A DNA stretch of 63,192 nt, the filler included, from Chiloscyllium plagiosum (Eukaryota): assembly GCF_004010195.1 (NCBI RefSeq). It is 4 parts of one record of this genome, joined end to end, with 100 filler letters (N's around TTAATTAATTAA, not from the genome) between each part and the next. Parts side by side here need not be neighbours in the genome. Positions count along the whole stretch, not along the records: positions 46,756 to 61,782 come from NC_057715.1; positions 61,883 to 63,192 come from NC_057715.1; 2 more parts are not named here. One strand, given 5' to 3'. The notes beneath the pieces were generated by a model that made no database searches, was not told where the DNA came from, and saw nothing but the letters and a program-made list of their open reading frames with translations. Both the position numbers and the translations under genes were made by a program. Numbering within the stretch: the first letter of the stretch is position 1; each line of letters begins with the position of its first letter. Shown in pieces: positions 53,861 to 63,192 of this stretch.

Positions 53861-55860
53861 CAGCTTGATGTGAAGCCAGGCAACTGCATTGAGATGTTGC
53901 TGTTAATTCAGACCTCAGAATATGGCTGGCTTCTTGCTCTAGAGCAGTTGGTAAGTTAGCGTACTCCTCTAGGCAGCTATCAAAAATTAAAACCTGACAT
54001 TTTGTTTTAACACATTTGATTCGCTCTGGAAAAATATCAATTGAAATTGAGATATGAACCTGCAAAATTAGTGAATTGGAAAAGACCAACTGCAATACTT
54101 TATTCTCATGTTTCAGCATACAATTTAAACCTGACTGTAAACATTCTGTTTTTATTTGGCTCAGGAGTTAACTTGTAACCCGTAACAACATTCCTGTTCT
54201 GACTATCTGAAAAATGACCCTAATCACTTCGTGCTTAGAAAGGCCAAGTTTTCTCGGTGAGGGCATGGTTGAAATTTGCACAGTGATACATGTCACTGAT
54301 CAGATAATGCCATAAATAACAGTCCAGTAATTACTGGTCCTGAGTATCCCATTGACAGGATTTTATTTACTAAAGAAAGCCTGAGGTTCTGGTCTGTTTG
54401 TGTTAAATTACATGATGTCAGACAGGCAGTAGTGGGGCAGAAAAACGAGTCTGGATTGACTCACCTCCTTACACCTCAGATTAGTTAATCAATTCCCAGA
54501 TTCTCCTCCTTCCTTAACCAGAGGCAAATTGAATATCTTTCGGGTTGCATTGCTCCCTGGTTGGCATGTAGTGTGTTGGTTGATTGGAACTGTGTCAGCT
54601 CTCTGAGGCAGTATTAGAAGAAAGATTTTCCTTAAGATGTGGTTGATACTTGCAAGCCATTATTTGAACCAGACACATTAAGATTCAACTGCATTATATA
54701 GGACTGACTGTTGTAACATATGTAGACCAGAAGAAGTAAGACTTGTAAGTTAGCTTCCCTGAAGGATGTTAGTGAGCCCAATTGAGTTTTTACAATAATC
54801 TCACGGCTTTCATAACCATTTTCTGGCACTTGGGTCCAAATTTAAAAATTCTTTGATACATGAGGTAGGTCTGAAAATCTCCAGGCCATTGCTGAAGATT
54901 ACTGACTCGCTGTGGCTCATTAATTAGAACTGGGAAAACACAACTGGAAGCAAGAATTCTTTAAGCAGCTTCATGAAAACTCCTCTAAAAAGTTGGGTAG
55001 CTCAAATATGATAATGGAAGTTACCATTGTTAATAAATTGCACATATTCAAAAATATCTAAGATTTGGCTTGTGTTAGATTGTATTTTGAAGAGAGGTTA
55101 CACACTTCATATTAGGAAAATAAAAATTCTTCCTATGAGGATTTTTCTATCTAGATCCAAAAAGAAGAGAAATAAAACCCAAAGTTTGGAAAGCTAGAAC
55201 AAAATACAAAGTTGTGGGAATTACAAACCATATCAACACAATAACTGTGAATGCAACACTAGCTAAAGTTTCAGCACTGCTGTCTTGCAGTGAAAATGAG
55301 TACATGATGCATGTGAACACTTGTGATGCTGATCATACAAGACACTATTTTAGTGAGAGCATTAGCATGGCCACAGTGCACCTGCACATAAAGTGTGCTG
55401 AGTAAGCAGTTTGTGATGTCTGTTAAAGTGCAAAACACCGACTGGATTCCAGCAGTGCCATGTCCAACCTGAACACTCCAACCAATCTTTGCTCTTAACC
55501 TCACACAGTTGAACATCCATTCAACAGCAGGAAGGACTACCCACAACTGGCAGTAATGTGATACTTAAAATGACTTGAAGTCTGCAGGCAGTGTTGTGGC
55601 AAGTGATCAAAGCCTTGTTTGTGACTTGAAAGACTCTGATCAAATTCACTTTCTCCCTCTCATGGGTGCTATAGGACCATAAGATATGGCAGCAAAACTA
55701 CGCCATTTGGCCTACTCAGTCTGGTCCACTATTCATACTCAGATATGTTTCTCAGCCCCATTCTTCTACCTTCTCCCCATAAGATTTGATTCCCTTATTA
55801 ATGAAGAACCTCTGCTAAGTGGGTGCTGTGATTTCTATTCTCCTTGACCTGGCCAACTCT

Positions 55861-56187
55861 GAGTGAACAGAACCCCTGACACTCCTGTTTATCTCTGTCA
55901 GCCAGGGCTCACTGATTGGACCAGATTAACAGCCCCACTCAAGGAACTCATTCTATGAGGTCAACCTGGCTGACCTTGTTCCAATCAGTGCAGTGTTGTC
56001 TACTTTTGCCATACTTTTCACCACCTCTTCTCAATCCTTTTGCACCCTTTTTAATATAAGTGCTTTCTCCCTACCCCATAACTGAGTTGAGCATTTTCAC
56101 CTCCTCCTACCTGTTTAAAATAGATCTGTTTGTTCAATATTAAATATATCAAATGCTTCTCAGAGAAAACCAGCTCTTGAATTCATG
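55861..56187 (+). repeat. ~330-bp direct copy of 57611-57939 (LTR end plus unique flank)
   Basis: Colinear, only scattered substitutions and small indels. Confidence 0.9.
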
Positions 56188-56870
56188 CAGAGGAGGATAA
56201 ACTATTTGAACAGTGAGGAAGAGAATAAGGTCAGGGAGAAAAACACACACCTAAGGACCATATCCAGCCAGGGGCTATAGGAAACAATTTCCAACCTCAA
56301 CATCAACAATGCACAATCAGATGTTCCCACTTTTTAAACAGGACACAACTGAAATATGCTACTTCTTGCAGATAGAACACCAGCCACAGCGCAGGCCTGG
56401 GACAGCGGTGAAAGTGACCATGACCATACATGTTGACATATAAGATCCTTTCAACCTGCGCTTGGAGATATTTGCAAAATCTATTTGCAGTGACCTTTGC
56501 TTATGTGCAACCTTATCCTGCAATGGACAAGGAAGTATGTCAGTGAGAGTGGTCCGGTGTATTTGGGTGATGTGGCTGCCATGGTTAAATAACTGGCAGT
56601 ATATCCAAGTGTGTGATGTGGATGTGAGCTTGCAGCAGTGATAAGCACAGTGATGGTTTGTTGAAGCAATGACTGTGAGGTATAAATTATGTTTGATAGT
56701 TAAGTGAAGTTAAGGTGGTGAATTAAGAAGTGCGTGAGGTTACAAATTCAATTGCAAGGATAGGGATTTTTAAGGTAAATTTACAGACCTTGGCCAATTA
56801 TATGGGATCATCAAACTTCTTGTGACACTGTATATTCTTGTATACTAGCTTTAACTTTTCAGATTTTTCC

Positions 56871-57002
56871 TCATTCCTGAAGAAGGGCCTGTGCCCGAAA
56901 CGTCGAATCTCCTGTTCCCTGGATGCTGCCTGACCTGCTGTGCTGTTCCAGCAATAAAGTTTCAACTTTGATCTCCAGCATCTGCAGACCTCACTTTCTC
57001 GA
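56871..57002 (+). mobile_element. 132-bp hammerhead-bearing pLTR insertion with 10-bp TSD
   Basis: agatttttcc at 56861-56870 and 57003-57012. Confidence 0.85.
56873..56908 (+). ncRNA. Minimal type-I hammerhead ribozyme (best copy in window)
   Basis: attc-CTGAAGA-A-GGGC ctgt GCCC-GAAA-CGTC-gaat: intact core, stem II, and a perfect 4-bp stem I (attc/gaat). Confidence 0.78.
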
Positions 57003-57519
57003 AGATTTTTCCAAAGGCCTCTTTGCCTTCTGTGGTTAGGGCATCTGTCCTCATCATGCACCTCCTGCACCAAGACCTCCATTAATGCATTAGACAGCCT
57101 GGGACTATGCTCTCAGCAATCTAATCCCATTACTCACAGTTTCTCCTTCTCATAATGTCTTGGCCAGCCAATTCTAGTACCTGTTCCAGCCAGGATGCAA
57201 CTTTCCTTGAAGAGATGCAGGCTGTCTTTGAGTGGTTCTTACCTTGCACCTCTGCTGAGGTGTACAGCCATATTTAAGACTGGGCTACAGGCACCAGTCA
57301 TGTGAATCAACAGACAGCATTATGTTTCCTTGTTACCCACATCACACACAATGATCTTGCACCCATTTTCAGGGATATCCCAACTTTTCGCTTAGTATCT
57401 CTGCAGGTCTACCTGTAACCCAGCTTGTAGAAATTCAGATCTTTGTTACTTTCCCATACTTTAGACCATTTCTACCTACTCCTCTTCATTTGATTTTCTC
57501 TTTGGTATTTGGAACAATC

Positions 57520-57741
57520 TGCAGAGGCCAGTATCACGTTACCAAATTACCCTTTAATAACACATGCACAGTACTTAATACTGGTCTGACGTCGTCAGAG
57601 CCAGCTCTCAGAATGAACAGAAACCCTGACACTCCTGTTTATCTCTGTCAGCCAGGGCTCACTGATTGGACCAGATTAACAGCCCCACTCAAGGAACTCA
57701 TTCTACGAGGTCAACCGGCTGACCTTGTTCCAATCAGTGCA
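57520..57741 (-). mobile_element. Gypsy solo LTR
   Basis: Reverse complement resembles LTR 9022-9256. Confidence 0.8.
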
Positions 57742-59091
57742 GTATTGTCTATTTTTGCCATACTTTTCACCACCTCTTCTCAATCCTTTTGCACCCTCTT
57801 TAATATAAGCGCTTTCTCACTACCCCATAACTGAGTTGAGCATTTTCACCATCTCCTGCCTGTTTTTAAAAAAAAATCTGTTTGTTCAATATTAAATATA
57901 TCAAATGCTTCTCCGAGAAAGCCAGCTCTTGAATTCATGAAACCTAAAGCTTGTGTCAGTTCTATGATAAATATAGCCCTTGGTTTCACTGTGAATCACA
58001 ATAGAATTTAAAGTGAAAATTCAGATTAATTTGGCTTTGAGATATTGAATTCCTCATCCACTGGAGAACAAGAATCTCACCACACTTTACGTCAATCTTT
58101 CTGAACTTTGTGGACATCTTTTATTAGAGCGTTGAAATGCTCAAGGGAATAACTTCACCAACAGGAATAAGATCATGATTGAAAGTAATTTTCCACTGTC
58201 TTCATTTGACATGAGCTGTTTGTACTTTTCCAAAATTAGAGAAATACAAAAGATGACATTGGTTCCTCACCCAATTTTAAATAGTTTTGACTAAACATCA
58301 ATAAATTGGAATGTGAAATCAGAAACTGAGAAAAGAGGCTTTTTTTTTCTGTTTCCAACATTTCCCTTACATTGATGGTTTAAATCTTTTGCAATACATT
58401 GATTCATTTTGATGATAGTCATCATGGCAGCACATATGGCTGCAGGAAATAGGGAACAGGTCAGTTCCAAAGATCAGGAGCAAGCAGGATGTGGAGTAAA
58501 TTTAAAATTTATAGGGAAAGCAGAAAGATGTCGAGAATCTAAAAACAAAAGGAAATCATTTATCGGTATATCTTAAATGGAAAATTAAAAATTTAAAGTT
58601 GAGAATTCACATAAGCAAGGTGAAAAAGCTCTCAGACTCAAATCTTGGAGAAACATAGAGTCCGAGAGATATACAGCACGGAAACATACCCTTCGGTCCA
58701 ACTTGTCCATGCTGATCAGATATTCCAACCTAATCTCGTCCCACCTGCCAGCACCCGGCCAATATCCTTCTAAGCCCTTCCTACTCATATACCCATTCAG
58801 ATGCCTTTTAAATGTTGCAACCGTACTAGCCTCCACCACTTCCTCTGACAGCTCATGAGCATTTTGTTCACAAGTGCGCTCCATAGTGAAATTTTAAATT
58901 ACAATTTATATAGAAAAAAATCCATTAGAAGTGTACATCTGGAAATTTATAATGAGGAAAATAGTTTCAAAGATAGGACATTAACTTGAGGATAGTTAGT
59001 CATGAGATTCATACTGGAAGCAAGTACAAAAGTAACCTTTTTTTAATATGATAAAGTTGATAGATTTATTAGTTCATAAAAATGTTCTTAC

Positions 59092-59399
59092 CTTCCCCGT
59101 TCTTGTTGCAAAAATCTTGTGAAACTCTCCATCTGCTACATATTGATCAGTTACCAGCTGAACAATTCCACTTCCAAGATTATAAGAAAACTCAATTTTA
59201 CCATTTATTATTTCCAGTGCAAGAAATTCACCGTCTGCACCTTCTTTGTTGTCGTAGTTATATAAGAGCAGGGAATTTTCTCTTATTGTGGCAAGTTCCA
59301 CATAAATGATATTGTTTGTAGGATCAAGAGAAGGAAGTTCCATGTAGGAGAGCTCTTCAAATCCAAGGCTGCTACCATTGCATTCATTCCCACTTGTTC
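59092..59399 (-). CDS. Internal exon of a FAT4-like protocadherin (EGF end + Laminin-G domain), probably a divergent paralog
   Basis: Minus-strand acceptor ttcccatacag, donor AAG|gtaaga, 308 nt open; GFEELSYMELPSLDP, LLLYNYDN, EFLALEI and FSYNLGSG align without gaps to the recalled first LamG of FAT4. Confidence 0.88.
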
Positions 59400-59461
59400 C
59401 TGTATGGGAATAGATGGGATAACATATTGGGAAAGTTACACAGAGGATAATGCAATACAAT

Positions 59462-60612
59462 TAGAGTCATAGAGATTAGAGTCACAGCACAGAAACAGAC
59501 TCTCCGGTCCAACTCGTCCATGTCCTAACTTAATCTAGTCCCATTTGCCAGCATTTGGCCCATATCTTTCTCAACCCTTCCTATCCATATCGCCATCCAG
59601 ATGCCTTTTAAATGATGTAATTGTACCAGCCTCCACCACTTGCTCTGGCAGCTCATTCCATACACGCACCATCCTCTGCATGAAAACGTTGCCCCTTCGG
59701 TCCCTTTTAATCCTTTCATTTCTCACCCTAAACTCTAGTTTAGAGTCCTCTAGTTCTGGACTCGCCCACCCCAGAGAAAAAAGTCTTCTCTATTTATCCT
59801 GTCCATGTCCCTCATGGTTTTATAAATCTCTATAAGGTCACACCTCAACCTCCAACGCTCCTGGGAAAACAGCCCCAGCCTGTCCAGCCTCTCCCTATAG
59901 CTCAAATCCACCAACCCTGGCAACATCCTTGTAATTCTTTTCTGAACCCTTTCAAGTTTCACAACCCTTTCAAGTTTCCGATAGGAAGACGACCAGAATT
60001 GCATGCAAAGATATTTACATTGGCAGTGGCAAATGTTTATATTGAGGTATTAGAAACACGAGTCATAGAGTCATACTGCATGGAAATAGACCATTGGGTC
60101 CAACCAGTCCATGCCGACCATGTTCCAAAACTAAACTTGTCCCACCTGCTTGCGTTTGGCTCAGTTTCCTATTCACTACTTATCCAAATATCTTTTAAGT
60201 GTAGTATCCACCACTCCCACTGGTAGTTCATACCACACACTAACCACTCTCTGTGTAAAAGGTTCCCTTTTGTGTCCTTTTAAATCTTTCTCCTCTCACC
60301 TGAAAAATATGCCCTCTAGCATTGACATCCCCCACCTTAGGGAAAAGACTTCTGCTATTCACCTTATCCAGGTCCCTCATGATTTTACAGACTTCAGTAA
60401 AGTCATCCCTCAACATCCCACACTCCAGTGAAAGAAATTCCAGCCCATCCAGCCTATTTGTGTAACTCAAACCCTCCATTCGCAGCAACGTTCTGATCAA
60501 TCTTTTCTGAACCCTCTCCAGTTAAATAATATCCTTCTTATAACGGGTGACCAGAACTACACACAGTACTCCAGAAGATGCCTCAGCAACATCCTATACA
60601 ACCTCAACATCA
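59462..60612 (-). mobile_element. Two adjacent CR1 3' fragments
   Basis: LERVQKRITRMLPGL..LRCDLIEIYK motifs; CR1 tails at ~59465 and ~60060. Confidence 0.85.
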
Positions 60613-60679
60613 CCGAACTTGTAAAGGCTAAGTGGTTTATATGGCTGGCTACTACAGCCACTAAATATCTCAAATATTA

Positions 60680-60907
60680 ACCGAAAGAATTGCAGATGCT
60701 GTAAATCAGAAACAAAGACAGAAATTGCTGGAAAAGCTCAGCAGGTCAGACAGCATCTGTAGGGAGAAATCAGAGTTAACATTTCAGGTTAAGTAACCCT
60801 TTGTCAGAATATTCTGAAGAACGGTTACTTGACACAAAACATTAACTCTGATTTCTCTCCAAGGATGGTGCCAGACCTGCTGAGCTTTTCTTGAAATTTC
60901 TGTTTTA
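60680..60907. mobile_element. Palindromic pLTR doublet with decayed hammerhead cores
   Basis: Arms meet at cagaat|attctg (60810/60811). Confidence 0.8.
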
Positions 60908-61037
60908 TCTCTTAAATATTTTACACCAACAACTGAAGACCTTGAATTCTATCATTCATAAAAATATGTGCATAAATATATTATGATGTTTTTACAGTCC
61001 CATTCAAGTTGCAGAAATCTTGAAAAACTGTCAATAT

Positions 61038-61782
61038 GTGATGAGCTTAGAGCATGGTGCTCTAAGCTCATCACATATTGCTATGATGTTGTGGCCTGGT
61101 GCTATGATGTTGTGGCCATAACAGAGACATTGGTTTCTCAGGGGCAGGAATGGTTGCTGAATGTTCCAGGGTTTAGAACATTTAAAAAGAATAGGGAAGG
61201 GGGAAAAGAGGAGGGGGTGTAGCACTGCTAATCAGAGAGGGTATCACAGCTATATAAGTTATCATTGTCGAGGAGAGTCTGCCTACTGAGTCGGTATGGA
61301 TGGAAATTAGGAACAGAAAGGGAGCAGTCACCTCATTAGAGGTTTACTATAGGCCCCCCCAATAGCAGCAGGGAGATGGAAGAAAGCATAGGTCGGCAGA
61401 TTTTGGAAAAGTGTGAATGTGGTAAGGTTGTTGTAATGGGTGACTTTAACTTTCCTAATATTGATTGGAACCTCCTTCGAGCAGATGGTTTGGAAGGAGC
61501 TGTTTTTGTAAGGTGTGTTCAGGAGGGTTTCCTAATGCAGTACGTTGACAGGCTGACGAGGGGAGAGGCCATTTTGGATTTGGTGCTCGGCAATGAGCTG
61601 GGGCAGGTGTCAGATCTTGCGGTGGGAGAGCATTTTGGTGATAGTGACCACAACTGCCTCACATTCTACATAGCTATGGAGAAGGAGAGAAGCAGGCACA
61701 ATGGGAGGATATTTAATTGGGGAAAAGGAAACTATGATACTATCAGACATGTATTGGGAAGCATGGATTGGGAGCAATTGTC
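61038..61782 (+). mobile_element. CR1 ORF2 APE endonuclease region
   Basis: YDVVAITET, VVVMGDFNFPNIDW, AILDLVL, HFGDSDHN. Confidence 0.92.
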
Positions 61783-61882
61783 NNNNNNNNNNNNNNNNNN
61801 NNNNNNNNNNNNNNNNNNNNNNNNNNTTAATTAATTAANNNNNNNNNNNNNNNNNNNNNNNNNNNNNNNNNNNNNNNNNNNN
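61783..61882. other. Assembly join with TTAATTAATTAA linker
   Basis: 44 N + linker + 44 N. Confidence 0.97.
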
Positions 61883-62152
61883 CCACTTTCCTGTTTACAG
61901 GCACCTTCCTTTGAAATTGATGCCATGTTCCTAACCTCTCTGCATTCCAGGTCCTGCACCCTAAAGCTACAGTCTGGTTCCCATGCCCCTGCAGAGTTAG
62001 TTTAAACTCCCCCCAAGAGCACTAGCAAACCTCCCCCCAAGGATTCTGGTGCCCCTCAGGTTCAGGTGCAGACCATCCTGTTTATAGAGGTCCCACCTTC
62101 CCCAGAAAGAACCCCAGTTATCCAAATACCGGAATCCCTCCCTCCTGCACCA
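61883..62152 (-). mobile_element. CR1 ORF1 (SGNH esterase-like) fragment
   Basis: WCRREGFRYLDNWGSFWGRWDLYKQDGLHLN (DGLHL motif). Confidence 0.85.
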
Positions 62153-62227
62153 CAATTTAGCTGAGCCAACCAACCCTAACCTGCACATCTTTGGACTGTG
62201 GGAGGAAACCAGAGCATCTGGAGGTAG

Positions 62228-62515
62228 GTGTGGTGCTATTGGAAGGTGTGCTGGTGTTGGTGTGCTGGTATTGGGAAAGTGTGCTGGTGTTGGGAAAGTG
62301 TGCTGGTATTGGGAAGGTGTGCTGGTGTTGGTGTGCTGGTATTGGGAAAGTGTGCTGGTATTGGGAAGGTGTGCTGGTGTTGGTGTGCTGGTATTGGGAA
62401 AGTGTGCTGGTGTTGGGAAGGTGTGCTGGTGTTGGGAAGGTGTGCTGGTGCTGGTGTTGGGAAGGTGTGCTGCTGTTGGTGTGCTGGTGTTGGGAAGGTG
62501 TGCTGGTGTTGCTGT
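62228..62515. repeat. Minisatellite (gggaaggtgtgctggtgtt / ggtgtgctggtatt units)
   Basis: Obvious tandem array; source of three spurious repetitive ORFs. Confidence 0.95.
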
Positions 62516-62999
62516 GATGATCGTTCCCCTTAATTCATGATTCTGGAATCTGTTGGGAAATGACGATTGTCGGAGTCTGGCTGCGTGTACTAGAGGGGAC
62601 GTTAATAATTACAGCTCATCAGTCCTGCTCGGAACGTCATTCTAACAGCTGTTTATTATTCTGGCCTCTGGGCTGTGATCCAGGGCAGTCTTCATTGCAA
62701 CTGGGATTTATTTGGCACCTTTAACACCGTAAAATGTCCAAGCTGCTTCACAAAGATGGCGAGGGTGGCTGTTGGGGAGGGGATTTCACAGGTAGGTTTG
62801 AGGGAGTGTCTGGACGTTGAGGTGGAGGGCTTTAGGGAGAAAGGCTCTTGGGGCTCAAAGCCTAGCAGCTAAAATCCCACAAGGCCAATAGGCTGGAGCC
62901 AGTGGAATAGGGACATCACCCAGTGAACTGGATGGACAGGGGACTGTGAGGTATATTACTGATCGACATTGGGGTCATACCTGCACGGTGTTCACTCAC

Positions 63000-63192
63000 T
63001 CTCTCATCCTCACCTCTCTCTGTGTGTGCGCTCTCTCTCTCTCACCTCCCCCCCCACATTCTGTCACTCTCTCTCCCCCCACACTCTGTCACTCTCTCTC
63101 CCCCCACACTCTGTCACTCTCTCTCTGTCACTCTCTCTTTCACTCTCTGTCACTCTCTCTCCCCCCCACACTCTGTCACTCTCTCTCCCCCC
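63000..63192. repeat. Pyrimidine-rich tandem repeat (ctctgtcactctctctccccccaca)n
   Basis: Tandem units continue to the window end. Confidence 0.95.

Noticed and set aside
55271..55546. 91-aa minus ORF as a further FAT-like exon
   Set aside because: No LamG, EGF or cadherin similarity and no fitting splice sites.
62191..62540. Cys/Trp-rich or Leu/Val-rich repetitive ORFs, or a CRISPR-like array
   Set aside because: Translations of a minisatellite; no unique spacers; eukaryotic context.
45725..63192. Next MTUS2 exon (expected ELM..HE.EKKELEENFEKLRLSLQ-like)
   Set aside because: Searched by eye and not found; may lie in a gap or beyond the window.

Overview
Repeat-rich vertebrate genomic DNA, almost certainly a shark: it carries HE1/V-SINE-type SINEs, CR1 LINEs and Penelope-like elements, and resembles bamboo/carpet sharks. 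Most ORF-track entries are spurious or transposon-derived. Two host genes are supported. (1) On +, four phase-compatible exons of MTUS2 (23956-24009, 24928-24994, 40250-40464, 45619-45724). The first is an internal alternative first exon encoding MGHCCCKLYYCFGCLDER, a likely myristoylation/palmitoylation anchor. (2) On -, one 308-nt exon (59092-59399) encoding an EGF end plus Laminin-G domain of a divergent FAT4-like protocadherin; it lies beyond an artificial scaffold join, so nesting in MTUS2 is uncertain. The rest is decayed Gypsy LTR elements, CR1/L2/Rex-type LINE fragments, SINEs, satellites and many Penelope-derived pieces. Several Penelope pieces carry minimal type-I hammerhead ribozyme cores (CTGANGA-N-stem-GAAA-CGTC), occur as tiny TSD-flanked insertions, or form near-perfect fold-backs. 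Locally templated duplications are also visible. Three 100-bp N gaps contain the six-frame-stop linker TTAATTAATTAA (assembly artefact). Comparisons to human proteins are from memory, not database searches.
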